Below, piece by piece: positions 40,678-51,390 of a stretch of DNA of 64,000 nt. How positions within the stretch are numbered: the stretch's first letter is position 1; every line of letters starts with the position of its first letter. Below the pieces are notes generated by a model. The model saw only the letters and a list, made by a program, of their open reading frames with translations, was not told the DNA's origin and ran no database searches. The position numbers and the translations under genes were made by a program. Source of the DNA: an uncultured Pseudomonadota bacterium (GTDB lineage: Bacteria; Oederibacteriota; Muellerivitia; Muellerivitales; Muellerivitaceae); NCBI GenBank assembly GCA_963843375.1, contig CAWJKT010000001.1, forward strand, positions 160,001 through 224,000. Reading direction: 5' to 3'.

Positions 40678-41886
40678 TTAATTCGCGGGATTTTTTAAGG
40701 CTTGCTTGAAAACATCGCCAAGGCGCCGGATGCCTTCTTTGATTTTTGCCTCGTCCACCGCGCAGTAGGTCAGGCGAAGGGTATTAAGTCCTTTGTTTTC
40801 ACCCGTGTAAAAGGCTGTTCCCACCACATAAGCCACTTTTGCGGCGACCGCCCTCTCGAAAAGTTTCACGGTATTGTAGCCCTCAGGCAAACCGGCCCAG
40901 ACGAAGAAGCCGCCCAAGGGCTTGTTGTACCACACTTCCGCGGGAAAATAGGTCTTGATGGCTTCCAACATGACGTCCCGGCGTTTTTGATAGGTGCCGA
41001 TCAATTTTTGTATGTGGGTGTGAATATGGCCGCCTTTAAGAAATTCGGCCGCGATGGATTGGGAAAGAACATCGGTGCAAACGTCGATTGTTTCCTTGGC
41101 GGTAGCCATTTGGGTCACCAAGGCGGGGTCGGCGCAAACCCATCCCAAACGCATGCCAGGAGACGCAATTTTACTGAAACTTCCCAGGTAAATTACCCGA
41201 CCGTCAATGTCAAAGGACTTTAATGGTTTAATGGTTTTCCCGGTGAAATTTAATTCACCATAGGGATTGTCTTCTATAACTAAAAGATTATGTTTTCGGG
41301 CCACTTCCACCAATTTTGCCCTTTCCACTTCCGGCATGGTGGAACCCCCGGGATTCTGGAAAGTTGGAATGGTATAAATCAATTTAGGCTTTCGGGGGGC
41401 CTGGGCGATTTTTTGGTCCACTTCATCGGGGTTCAAACCATTGGGCCCGCAGGCCGCGGGCAGGAACTCAGCCAAAAAATTCTGAAAAGAAAGGAGGCCC
41501 CCCAGGTAACTGGGTTCCTCCACGACAACGCCGTCCCCGGGATTCAATAGGGTAAGCCCCGAGAGGTAGAGCCCCTGCTGGCTTCCGGTGGTGATAAGGA
41601 TGTTGTCAGGGGTGCAGGCGATTCCCTGGGCCTTAAGGTAATCGGCCACTGCCTCGCGAAATGGGCGCCAGCCGATAGTTTCGCCATATTGCAGGGACAA
41701 CTTGCCCTGTTCGAGAATGACACGCGAGGCGATATTGGCCAGCAGGTCCCGGGGAAAGAGTTCAGCGTCAGGCGTCCCACCGGCGAAGGAGATGATATCG
41801 GACTGCTGGACCAGTTTTAAAAGGGCCCGAATAATAGAGGGTTTCATCCGGGTGGATGCTTGGGAGAAAGAATGGGAAAAGTCCAT
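40678..41886 (-). CDS. PLP-dependent class I aminotransferase (2-aminoadipate transaminase-like)
   Basis: ISFAGG.P, TTGSQQGL, PTFQNPGG, EDNPYGEL, GSFSKIASPGMRLGW. Confidence 0.9.
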   Translation of the reverse strand: MDFSHSFSQASTRMKPSIIRALLKLVQQSDIISFAGGTPDAELFPRDLLANIASRVILEQGKLSLQYGETIGWRPFREAVADYLKAQGIACTPDNILITTGSQQGLYLSGLTLLNPGDGVVVEEPSYLGGLLSFQNFLAEFLPAACGPNGLNPDEVDQKIAQAPRKPKLIYTIPTFQNPGGSTMPEVERAKLVEVARKHNLLVIEDNPYGELNFTGKTIKPLKSFDIDGRVIYLGSFSKIASPGMRLGWVCADPALVTQMATAKETIDVCTDVLSQSIAAEFLKGGHIHTHIQKLIGTYQKRRDVMLEAIKTYFPAEVWYNKPLGGFFVWAGLPEGYNTVKLFERAVAAKVAYVVGTAFYTGENKGLNTLRLTYCAVDEAKIKEGIRRLGDVFKQALKNPAN

Positions 41887-41998
41887 GGTCGGCCTCAAAG
41901 ATTGGGTTCGCCCCAGCCCAAAGACCGGGGAGACAAGCTATCGAAAGAAGCATTCGGGTTCAAGGAGCAATTTGGAAGAAAAGAGGAAGTTTTTTTGG

Positions 41999-43417
41999 TT
42001 AGGAAATGAAGGCGTTATCCTTGAAGATTTTCTCGGCGGCGGATTGGCCGGAAGCGATGGTGTCGGGAATGCCGACGCCCCTCAAGCCGTTACCGGCGAG
42101 GTAAAGACCCTTGAACTCGGAGGCTTTCTGCTCCATGCGTGAAGCCTGACTCAAGTGGCCGGGCCTGAAATAGGACATGGAAGCATTGTAAATCGCCAAG
42201 TGTCGGGCGATGGGCTGATCCCGCAGGTTTAGGATAGGGTTCAATTCTTCCAGGATTTTTTCGATCAAATAGGATTCCCCTTCGGCTCTCAATTTTTGAA
42301 CAGCCACCAAGCCGAGAAAAACCCTCAAAAGCACATTTCCCTCTGCGGCGCGGTCCTCAAATTTCTGACTGGCGAAAGTACAGCCCACGATCAGCTTTTT
42401 TTCCCGGGAGGGAACCACGAATCCGAAACCATTGAGGGGATGATCCACGTCTTGGCGGCGGAAGCCCAAATTCAGGGTTGCCGAATCATGGGCGGGGATG
42501 CCCGATAAAAGCTTGTCCCACTCCTTGTCCAACTGGCCGATGAGAGGACGCATTTTGGAGGGTTGAATGGCCAGGACCACGGCGTCCACTCCTTGAGTCC
42601 GGCCGTTGGCTTCGATTTCCCAGGTTCCCTTGTCCGTGGGTTTAAGCGATTCCACGGGGCTTTGAAGCCACATGGACTCGGCTGGAATTTTGGAGGTCAA
42701 AGCTTCGGCCAAGGTTTGCATTCCTTTTTTAAAGCTTACAAAAAGGGAATAACGGGCGCCGGATACCTGGGCCTGGGCGTTCAGCCGCCGGGCGGCCATG
42801 GCTTTTAGAAGAGAACCGTATTTTATCTCCATCTCCTTGAAGCTGGGCGTACAAGCATTCACGCTCAGTTCATCCGGGTCCGCGTTATAAACCCCGCCGA
42901 TCAAGGGTTGGGCCAAGGCTTCAAAAACCTCGGTTCCCAGGCGACGGCGGACGAAATGCCCCACGCTCTCATCTTGGGGGTCCCGGCGAACCTTGATAAG
43001 AGGCTCCAAAGCCGCGCGAATCTTTCCCATGGGAGAAAGCAATGAGGTGGTCATAAGCGGCATTAAACGGGAGGGAGCCAGCAGGTAAAAGCCCTCCGGA
43101 ATAGGGTGAAGCTTTGTCCCTTTTAAAATGAAGGATTGTTTTAGGGATTGGTTGGTCTTGATGAGCTGGTCTTCGAGTCCCAGCTTTTTGCATAATTCCA
43201 ATGCCGCCGGTTTTTCGGTGATGAAACAATCGGGGCCCTCTTCCATTAAAAAGCCGTTCTCTTCGACGGAGCTCAAGGTGCCGCCGGCCTTTTCACCTGC
43301 GTCCAGGATGTTTAATTCCAACGGGATGTTTTTTTCTTTCGAAAGCTCCAATAAACGGTAGGCACAGGCCAATCCGCTGACCCCCGCCCCGATGATAGTT
43401 ACCCTTAACGTTTTCAA
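41999..43417 (-). CDS. hemY: HemY-type proto/coproporphyrinogen oxidase
   Basis: IIGAGVSGLACAY, EEGPDCF, GFGFVVP, GVGIPD; adjacent to hemH and hemE. Confidence 0.92.
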   Translation of the reverse strand: MKTLRVTIIGAGVSGLACAYRLLELSKEKNIPLELNILDAGEKAGGTLSSVEENGFLMEEGPDCFITEKPAALELCKKLGLEDQLIKTNQSLKQSFILKGTKLHPIPEGFYLLAPSRLMPLMTTSLLSPMGKIRAALEPLIKVRRDPQDESVGHFVRRRLGTEVFEALAQPLIGGVYNADPDELSVNACTPSFKEMEIKYGSLLKAMAARRLNAQAQVSGARYSLFVSFKKGMQTLAEALTSKIPAESMWLQSPVESLKPTDKGTWEIEANGRTQGVDAVVLAIQPSKMRPLIGQLDKEWDKLLSGIPAHDSATLNLGFRRQDVDHPLNGFGFVVPSREKKLIVGCTFASQKFEDRAAEGNVLLRVFLGLVAVQKLRAEGESYLIEKILEELNPILNLRDQPIARHLAIYNASMSYFRPGHLSQASRMEQKASEFKGLYLAGNGLRGVGIPDTIASGQSAAEKIFKDNAFIS

Positions 43418-43446
43418 ATTGTCTCCATTTGAAAAATATAACCGCG

Positions 43447-43498
43447 GTCATTGCAGGAGCCCCGCCGCAAAGGCGTCGGGCTACGACGAAGCAACCCC
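43447..43498. repeat. REP/RPE-like palindromic element overlapping hemH stop
   Basis: GTCATTGC-AGGAGC...CGACGAAGCAACC frame around an internal GC-rich hairpin. Confidence 0.5.
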
Positions 43499-44479
43499 GG
43501 GTTGACTTATGGCTTCCTCCACCAATCCCGCCAGCATAGCAATAAAAGAAGGATGGGTACCTACGGTCTTGGCCCTGACGAGGTGCAAACTTTTCCATTT
43601 TGCCTTTTCTTGGGCCAGGATGTCGATATCGTAAAGCACTTCCACGTGATCCACCAAAAAGCCGATGGGGGCGACCACGCATGCGGACAGGGTTTCATAA
43701 GTGCGCTGTTCGATAAAGGCTCCCAAGTCCGGTTCCAGCCAGGCGTCTTCGGGCCTGCCGCTACGGCTGGTATAAGCCGTTTGGTAATAAGGAACTTCCA
43801 CTTTCGGCATGACGTGCTGACAGGTTTGCTCGAATTGAAGCGAATAGGGGGACTTGAGGGCCATCGCCCTTGGAATACTGTGGGTGGTGAAGATAAGTTC
43901 CGCTCGATGACGTTCTTTTTCCTCGGGAGTCAGTTGGGCAAAAGCTTCTTGAATATTTTGGGCAATGGCATTGATGAAGCCCGGGCGGGTATGCCATTCG
44001 GGAGCAAAGGTTATTTCGGGAACCGGCAGCCCTTGGGCCTTGATGGATTCTTGGGCTTCCTGCGCCTTGTTCACGTATTTATCATAAGAGGCTGGGCTGC
44101 GATGAGGCGCCATTATAATGGCGAAAATCTTGGTTTTGTTTTTCAGGGCCAATTCCCTAAGGGTGTCGACAATGCGAGGAGGGTAGTGGGCAAACCCTAA
44201 GACCACCGGAATATCGAGTCCACGGGATTTCAGAAGTTTTTGCAGGGCGTCACCCTGTTCACGGGTTAAGTGGTTATAAGGAGAAACACCCCCGATTTTT
44301 TCGTATTGCTTGGCAACCAGCTTGAGCCGTTCGAGAGGAACGCCCCGGCCTGCGGTAACGTCCTCTAAAAACGGGACTACATCCTCGGGTTTTTCCGGTC
44401 CGCCAAAGCCGATCAATAAAACCGCGTCGTAAAAATGATTCAAGTGATTCCTCGTGATAAAGGAATGCAAATCTTCCAA
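43481..44479 (-). CDS. hemH: Ferrochelatase
   Basis: FGGPE...DVVPFL, GGVSPYN, FTTHSIP, WLEPD, PIGFLVDHVEVLYDID. Confidence 0.92.
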   Translation of the reverse strand: MEDLHSFITRNHLNHFYDAVLLIGFGGPEKPEDVVPFLEDVTAGRGVPLERLKLVAKQYEKIGGVSPYNHLTREQGDALQKLLKSRGLDIPVVLGFAHYPPRIVDTLRELALKNKTKIFAIIMAPHRSPASYDKYVNKAQEAQESIKAQGLPVPEITFAPEWHTRPGFINAIAQNIQEAFAQLTPEEKERHRAELIFTTHSIPRAMALKSPYSLQFEQTCQHVMPKVEVPYYQTAYTSRSGRPEDAWLEPDLGAFIEQRTYETLSACVVAPIGFLVDHVEVLYDIDILAQEKAKWKSLHLVRAKTVGTHPSFIAMLAGLVEEAISQPGVASS

Positions 44480-44533
44480 AAACGCAATAAGTTACTCAAA
44501 AGCGGGGAGTTATTGAAGATCTTTTGGAGAATA

Positions 44534-46474
44534 TCAGTTTTTCCAGTTCTTGACGGTTTCGATCATGGCCTGCACATTTTCCATGGGGGTCTGGGGCAGG
44601 ATACCGTGGCCCAAGTTGAAGATGTGGCCGGGACGGCCATTCGCGAATCGAAGTATTTTCTCGGTTTCCTTGCTGACGGTTTCGGGGTCGGTCAACAATA
44701 CCTCGGGGTTCAGGTTGCCCTGGATGGCCACGTCGCCCAATTGCTTCCAGGCCTTGTCCAAATCCATCCGCCAATCCACTCCGATAACCGCCGCGCCGGT
44801 TTGCTTGAACCAGGAATAAAAGGGTGCGGTTTGGGTGCCGAAGTAAATCACCGGAATGCTCGGTTGCAAACGGCTGAAATGAAGAATCAGCAGTTTCAAA
44901 TAGGGGAGTACGAGGCGCTGGAACTCCTCGGGCGCCAGGATGCCCACCCAGGAATCGAACAACTGTACCGCTTGGGCCCCGGCCAGGACTTGGGCGTTGA
45001 GGTAGGAAACCGTGGCCGCTACCAGCTTTTTCATTAATTCGTCCCAAACTTTGATGTCCGACAATACGGCGCGGGTTTGGTGATAGTCCTTGGAACCGCC
45101 GCCCTCGATTAAATAAGAAGCCAGCGTAAAAGGGGCCCCGGCAAATCCGATGAGGGGAATATGAGGCTTGAGGCTGGAACGGATCAAATGGATGGCTTTC
45201 ATGACGTAACTCAAATCGAAGTCGGCTTCCACGTTTTCCACCCGCTTCAGGTCCTCCCCGGAACGGAAAGGGTTGTGGATGACGGGGCCGCCGCTTTCAC
45301 CGAAGGATAATTGGAAACCCAGGGGTTCGGCGATTAGCAGGATATCGGCAAAAAGGATGGCCGCGTCCACACCCAGGACTTCCTGGGCGGTAACGGTCAC
45401 TTCGGCGGCCAGTTCGGGGGTTTTGCAAAGCTCCAAAAAGGAAACCTTGGCGCGAATTTCTCGGTAGGAGGGCAAATATCGTCCCGCTTGGCGCATGATC
45501 CAGAGGGGCGTGCGAGGGACGGCTTCTTTCCGGCAGGCTTTCAGAAAAAGATTTTCCTGGGAGGGGGGCGAGAGGGTTTTGGGTTCGCGGGGTTTGGACC
45601 GAAGGGATTCGGCGGCCTTCTTTTGGCAAAGTTCAAAAGATTTTTCCGCCACTTCCTTTACCAGAAAACCCATCTTGGGATGTTCCGGTTCCAGGTCGGG
45701 TTCAGGCCGAATTCCTTGAGGGCCTTCACTGCACACCGATCCAATGGAACCGATCACCATCCGGCTAAGAGCTTCCTGAAGTTCATGATTTTTCTCGAGT
45801 CCCTTGGCCAATTCAAAAACGTTGCGAATCTGTTGGGCGCTGGTGAAGAGAGCCACCGACGCTTCGCCATCCAAAATCGACTCGATCAGATGGGTCAGGG
45901 GTTTGGTGTCCTCGGGCAAGGCCCAACGGTAGACGGGCACGCTGGTGACTTCCTTGGCGCCCCGTTCCAATAAGGCCTCCGAAGAATTCAGGGTTGGAGA
46001 CGCCATATTCCTGGATGGCGATCTTCAAACCCTTGACGGGCCTTTGGGAGTCCAAGGCTTCCAGCACTTCCCGCCAGGTGTTGGGTTCGGGGACGACCAC
46101 CGAAGAGCGCATGTTTTTTTCCGTCAAAGCCTTTACCGATTTAGGCCCGCGGGCAACGAGCGAAGCGTGTTTAAAGGCCTTCAGAATTCGGCTGGGGGCA
46201 TAGTTGAGCTTCCAAGGCCTGGAAAAGCGTCCGGGTGCCCACGCCGGTCATGAAAATGACGATATCGATATTTCCTTGCTGGAGGTTCTCGAAAAAGTTG
46301 AAAGCCGGCTTATTCTCGGAAAGCGGAATTTCCCGCATGGAGGGGACAACTTTGGGAACACGCCCCGTGGCGGGAAATGAGGTCTTCCATTTCCTTGGCC
46401 ATGCGGCTTTCGAAAGCCGCGACCGTCAGGCCGTTGAAACCCTGCATTTCAGTTTCGATGGGTGTGGGTGACAT
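44534..46474 (-). CDS. hemE: Fused uroporphyrinogen-III synthase (HemD) / uroporphyrinogen decarboxylase (HemE); HemD part has about 3 frameshifts
   Basis: HemD: AAFESRMA, FMTGVG, VARGPK, YRWALP, FTSAQQ, PKMGFLV; HemE: WIMRQAGRYLP, GFAGAPFTLASY, QLFDSW, QGNL.P, FNLGHGI; HemD C-half and HemE share one ORF (44534..46006). Confidence 0.9.
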
Positions 46475-46554
46475 ATTCAGTGGGGCAGTATAAAAGTCAA
46501 AGGGCCGTAAATCTATAGAAGCCAAGGTTGGTTTTAAGAGAAAGGGGGACTGAT

Positions 46555-47424
46555 TTAACGAGAGGAATTAAGCTTTGGGGCTTCATCCAGGCATTCCACT
46601 TCCACCTGATAATCCAGCTTGGAAAGCACATCCGTGCCACGGAAGGTGCCGGAAACCGGGGCGGCCTCCAGGGGCGTGGGGCCCGCTGCCAGGGGGATAT
46701 GAAGATCCGACACGGCCAAGCCCCAGGTTGGATCATAGCCCCTCCAGCCCGCCCCCGGAAGGTAGACTTCGGCCCAGGCATGCAGCTCATTGGCGTCCTT
46801 GGAACCGGGGTCGTATTTGTAGCCACTGACGAAACGGGCGGCCAGACCCATGGACCGGCAAATCTCCACTAGCAAAACGGCTAGGTCACGGCAGGCCCCC
46901 TCGCGGCGGCGAAGGGTCTTGAAAGCGGGCAGGGCTTCCCCCTGGGAACGCACCACATGCTGGAACGAGCGGTGGATGTAATCGGTGGCGTGGAAGAGGA
47001 AATTGATAGCGTTGTCGTCGCTTTCATTCAAAAGCTCCTGAGCCAGATTTTCAACCGAGGGATCGGGCGCGGGCTTGAGGTAGGAAGCCAAGACGGAATG
47101 TTCGGCGCCGTACTTGCCGGGGAGCCTCAGGACCATTGGATCGGTGATGAGATAGTTAAAGGGATTGCTTAAGGTCGTGTCCACCCTGGAGCGAGTTTGG
47201 ACGGAAAAACTGGAATGCTTTCCGGAGAACCAAGCCATGGCCTCATGGTTGTTGAAAAGGTCCAGCGATTCGGAGAGGCCCACCGGCACGGGTTCCACTT
47301 TCAATTCGAAGGAATCAACCCTTTGGCTAAAGTCGCTGCGCGGCTTCAGGTGGATGGAGGTGGGCTCCAAAAAAACTTCCTTGCTGTAGGTATAACGAAT
47401 CCTATGGCGTATCTCAAACCGCAT
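46555..47424 (-). CDS. Transglutaminase-like protein (Anbu operon)
   Basis: N-terminal I.H...Y.Y domain; GACRD, ARFVSGY, HAWAEVY.PGAGW.GYDPT. Confidence 0.92.
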   Translation of the reverse strand: MRFEIRHRIRYTYSKEVFLEPTSIHLKPRSDFSQRVDSFELKVEPVPVGLSESLDLFNNHEAMAWFSGKHSSFSVQTRSRVDTTLSNPFNYLITDPMVLRLPGKYGAEHSVLASYLKPAPDPSVENLAQELLNESDDNAINFLFHATDYIHRSFQHVVRSQGEALPAFKTLRRREGACRDLAVLLVEICRSMGLAARFVSGYKYDPGSKDANELHAWAEVYLPGAGWRGYDPTWGLAVSDLHIPLAAGPTPLEAAPVSGTFRGTDVLSKLDYQVEVECLDEAPKLNSSR

Positions 47425-48166
47425 GACTCTCCCCCCATTTACGGGGCAACTTTCCCATGGCGTTTTCCGCCCATTGGGAAGGACAAAGCTCCACCGTTTC
47501 CCGGACGCGCACTTTCCACCAGTCCGTGACTTCCTTCAGGTCTTCCCGTTCATAGCGCGTTTCAGTCATTCGATTGGTGTCTTTTCGGTAAAGAACCATA
47601 TCGATGGGGAAGTCCACATCCGTTGCGCTGGTGCGAGTCGCCTCGAAGGCCAGGTACCCCACTTTCATCGCCACTTCCATGGAGGATTCGTAATGAAGGG
47701 CCCTATCCAAAAGAGGCTTGCCGTAAGCGGACTCGCCAATGGCGTAATAGGGCGTGCTTTCGGTCACTTCCACCCAGTTGCCCTGGGGATAAATGAGGTA
47801 AAGCTTGTGTTCCGTGTCGCTGGGCAGCTGGCCCCCGATGATGGAAAAAAGATTGAAACTATATCCCGCTTCCCCCAAGGCTTCCTTGTCCTCCTTGATG
47901 ACCCGTCGCACCTGCTCGGCAAAGATGTTCACGGCCTTATAAAGATGGGGATAGGTTTCTTTTTCATTCTCGAGGCGTTCATTGAAATAGGTGATGGCCT
48001 TATCTCGGGCGGAACGCAAGCCCGAGGTCATCAGGAAAAAAGGCTGGCCGTGGTTTTCGTGGATGGAAACCTTCCGCCCGGTGATCTGTTCCGTGCCGCT
48101 GGTGATACGGGTGTCGGCCAGGGCCACCAGTCCTTCTTTTATTTTCATGGCAAGGCAAAAAGTCAT
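47414..48166 (-). CDS. Anbu proteasome-type Ntn hydrolase
   Basis: MTFC start (Thr1), ADTR, IGGQ, LYLIYPQGNW, IGES.YGKP.LDR, PID. Confidence 0.88.
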   Translation of the reverse strand: MTFCLAMKIKEGLVALADTRITSGTEQITGRKVSIHENHGQPFFLMTSGLRSARDKAITYFNERLENEKETYPHLYKAVNIFAEQVRRVIKEDKEALGEAGYSFNLFSIIGGQLPSDTEHKLYLIYPQGNWVEVTESTPYYAIGESAYGKPLLDRALHYESSMEVAMKVGYLAFEATRTSATDVDFPIDMVLYRKDTNRMTETRYEREDLKEVTDWWKVRVRETVELCPSQWAENAMGKLPRKWGESHAV

Positions 48167-49158
48167 TGGTTGTTCCTTTCAGGCAATGGCTCGGTTGCCA
48201 TTTCGGCCCCCGGCTGGTTTGAAAAATAAATGGCGAACAAAGCTTCTCCCACGGAATTCAACTTGGCCTCGAAGCTGTCGAGATACTCATGCAGCCCAAG
48301 GGCAACCATCCCGCCGATGTCGGCGTAATCCAATTCGGATCGCAAGCGCCCCAGTTGCTGTTCCGCCGGGTTGACGTAGGTTCCCGGAGACGACCCGGTG
48401 ATGGAACGCATGGAGGCTTCGGCCTGGGTGATGCAAAAGCGAACTGACCTGGGAAACTCCCGGTCCAGCAGAAGGAATTCGGCAACCCGAAGGGGATGGA
48501 TATAGCTGTATTTTTTACGGAACATTTCGCTGGCGCTGGCGGATTTCAGCAGGGCCGTCCAAAGGATGTCGTCGTAGGGTGTGCCCACATCCTCCACCTT
48601 GGGCAAGAGGATGAAATATTTCACGTCCAGAATGCGGGCGGTTTTGTCCGCCCTTTCGAAAAGCCGGCCCATGTTGAAAAAGTGCCAGGCTTCCCCGTGG
48701 GACATGGTGGCATCCGTGACCCCTGAAAAAAGATGGCTTAAGATTTTCACGTTGCGGCAAAAGGTGTTCAAGGACTCAAGGCCCGAACCCGGATTGTGGA
48801 CCGCGCCTTGCACCATCAGATAAAAGCTGTTCAACTGCTCCCACATTTCCGAGGAGATGATTTCCCGCATGGTTCGGGCGTTTTCCCGGGCTTTATGGAT
48901 GCTGGAATATATCGAGTTGCGGTTGTCGGAGTCGAACACCAGGAATTGAATGACGTTGTCCCGACTCGGCTCGCCGTAACGCAATTCAAAATCTTGGTAA
49001 TCGCCGCTGGTTATAACGAGGGGTTGCCATTGTTGCTGGTCGTTCAAAGGAGTGTCCAATATGAGGTTCAAGTTGACCCCGATAAAACGGGCGACATTTT
49101 CCGCCCGTTCCACATAACGGCCTGTCCAGAAGAGTGAATCGGCAAGGCGACTTAGCAT
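48163..49158 (-). CDS. Alpha-E domain protein (DUF403)
   Basis: [54 protein letters not shown]. Confidence 0.93.
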   Translation of the reverse strand: MLSRLADSLFWTGRYVERAENVARFIGVNLNLILDTPLNDQQQWQPLVITSGDYQDFELRYGEPSRDNVIQFLVFDSDNRNSIYSSIHKARENARTMREIISSEMWEQLNSFYLMVQGAVHNPGSGLESLNTFCRNVKILSHLFSGVTDATMSHGEAWHFFNMGRLFERADKTARILDVKYFILLPKVEDVGTPYDDILWTALLKSASASEMFRKKYSYIHPLRVAEFLLLDREFPRSVRFCITQAEASMRSITGSSPGTYVNPAEQQLGRLRSELDYADIGGMVALGLHEYLDSFEAKLNSVGEALFAIYFSNQPGAEMATEPLPERNNQ

Positions 49159-50606
49159 GGGGCCCCTTCCGGTTTGGCATCCAGCACCCAGGTATCCTTA
49201 CTGCCGCCACCCTGGGAAGAGTTGACCACCAGGGAGCCTTTTTTCAAAGCCACCCTGGTAAGCCCGCCCGGCAAGACATAAACACTGCGTCCATAAAGAA
49301 CATAAGGCCGCAAATCCACATGACGTCCCTCAAAATGGTCGTCCACAATGACGGGTACGCGGGAAAGGGCGAGGGTAGGCTGGGCGATGTAATCGCGGGG
49401 ATGAGCCACGATGAGCTTCGCGAATTTTTCCTGTTCGGCCTTGGTGGAATGGGGCCCCACTAACATGCCGTAGCCCCCCGCCTGGTTGACGGCCTTGACC
49501 ACCACTTTGTCGAGGTTCTCCAGGACATATTTGCGCTGGTCTTCTTCCCAACAAACATAGGTAGGGACGTTGGGAAGTATGGGGTCTTCCTGCAGGTAAA
49601 ATTTGATCATGTTGGGCACATAAGCGTAGATGCCTTTGTCGTCGGCGATTCCCGTGCCGATGGCATTGGCCAGGGCCACCCGGCCCTTGCGATAGACTTC
49701 CATGATTCCGGGTATCCCCAAGGTGGAATCGGGCTTAAAGGCCAGTGGATCGATGAATTCGTCGTCCACGCGGCGGTAAATGACGTCCACGCGTTCATAA
49801 CCCTTGGTCGTGCGAAGTTTCACATAACCGTCCGAGACGACCAGATCCCGGCCTTCAACCAGTTGGGCTCCCATTTGCTGGGCCAGGAAAGCGTGCTCGA
49901 AATAGGCGGAGTTATAGGGACCGGGCGTCAGGACGACCACCCGGGGGGAAGCAAAATCGGTCGGCGCGGAATAACGCAAGGTATCCAGCAAACGCAGGGG
50001 GTAATCGTCCACGGGTTTAACCGACATGTCTTGAAAAGCCTGGGGCAAGGTTCGCTTGAGCACGTTGCGGTTTTCCAAAACATAGGATACCCCGGATGGA
50101 CAGCGAAGGTTGTCTTCCAGCACGTAATAATGGCCGTCCTTGTCGCGAACAAGGTCGGTGCCCGTGATATGAATCCAAATTCTGCGCGGCGGGGTAAGTC
50201 CAACACATTGGCTTCGATAACCGAAGGAGGATAGAACGACCTCTTTGGGGATAACATTGTCCTTAAGGATCTGTTGGGAGTGGTAAATATCATCGATGAA
50301 AAGGTTGAGGGCTTGGATTCGCTGGATGAGGCCCTTCTCGATAACCTGCCATTCCGGATTGGACACGATGCGGGGAATGATGTCAAAAGGGAAAATTTTT
50401 TCCGTACCGTCTTTGTTGCCGTATACCGTGAAGGTAATGCCCATCTGGAGGAACTCGCTCTCGGCGGCTTTCTGCTGCCGGATCAAGTCGCTGTGGGACA
50501 TGGCCTTGAGGCGCTGGATGAGGGGCGCCACCATGGAGCGGGGCTTGCCCGAATTCTCAAAAAGTTCGTCATAAAAAGAACCGGTATCGTAATTTTGGAA
50601 ATCCAT
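49152..50606 (-). CDS. Circularly permuted ATP-grasp type 2 protein
   Basis: [60 protein letters not shown]. Confidence 0.95.
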   Translation of the reverse strand: MDFQNYDTGSFYDELFENSGKPRSMVAPLIQRLKAMSHSDLIRQQKAAESEFLQMGITFTVYGNKDGTEKIFPFDIIPRIVSNPEWQVIEKGLIQRIQALNLFIDDIYHSQQILKDNVIPKEVVLSSFGYRSQCVGLTPPRRIWIHITGTDLVRDKDGHYYVLEDNLRCPSGVSYVLENRNVLKRTLPQAFQDMSVKPVDDYPLRLLDTLRYSAPTDFASPRVVVLTPGPYNSAYFEHAFLAQQMGAQLVEGRDLVVSDGYVKLRTTKGYERVDVIYRRVDDEFIDPLAFKPDSTLGIPGIMEVYRKGRVALANAIGTGIADDKGIYAYVPNMIKFYLQEDPILPNVPTYVCWEEDQRKYVLENLDKVVVKAVNQAGGYGMLVGPHSTKAEQEKFAKLIVAHPRDYIAQPTLALSRVPVIVDDHFEGRHVDLRPYVLYGRSVYVLPGGLTRVALKKGSLVVNSSQGGGSKDTWVLDAKPEGAPC

Positions 50607-50642
50607 GGGATATCCTTTCTAGCACCTTTACTCCAAGATTAG

Positions 50643-50658
50643 GCAATTAAGGGGCCAA
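50643..50658 (-). promoter_or_regulatory. sigma54 (-24/-12) promoter of the Anbu operon
   Basis: TTGGCCCCTTAATTGC = GG-N10-GC with TTGC, 37 bp upstream of the ATG. Confidence 0.6.
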
Positions 50659-50812
50659 ATAGGGCCTTGAAAAGAGGCTCAAAATCCTTGTTTTAAAAAG
50701 GGAAGGCGGACAATTTTGGACCCCCTGCACAAAATTGTTAATAGAACAAGACCGGTTGTTTTCAGCGGCTCGTCAGGTCATCGTTTAAGATAGGTGGTCA
50801 AAGGGGATAACG

Positions 50813-51390
50813 ATGAAGAAAATCGCGCTTCTTTTTCTCAATGGAATCTCACTGGGTTTAGGGATCGGTCTTTGCTTGGCGGGGCTGGTGGGAGTGGTCT
50901 ACCGGGAAACGCAAAGTGGACCCCCTGGCCTCCATCCGGGTGCGGGGACGGCTTATTTTTGGGTGGTGGGCGGTTTGATGGGTTTTTTCGGGGGCTGGTG
51001 TTTTTTCCTTCAAATGATGTTGGGAAATCTTTTGGTGTCCCTTTTTGTGAAAGTCGCGGATCTCATTCCCTTGCCCGCCCAAGTCGTGGGGGCGGAATGG
51101 GCCAAGAAGATGGAAATTTTCTTTCGGGAAATCATCCAGCCCTTTCCCGGTTTTTTCCGGAAGTTTATCGAGTGGATATTCATCCTGCGTTTCGAGGATT
51201 ATGGTCGAATTAATCGGGCTTTGGAAAAAGCGAAGAAAAAGGGCGGGACGCAAGCCGACGACCCCTCAATGGATGTTGATGGTGATTCTTCATTATCTCT
51301 TGGAGCCGCTTTGGCTCCTCTTTTACACGGTCTATGTTATCCTTTTGCTGATCAGCTGTGTTTTTTGGAGCTTTCCGTTTTTTCAAGTGA
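50813..51390 (+). CDS. Hypothetical membrane protein, frameshift near 51250, 3' end approximate
   Basis: Hydrophobic N-half in ORF 50813..51589; hydrophobic C-terminal part in ORF 51201..51488. Confidence 0.55.
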
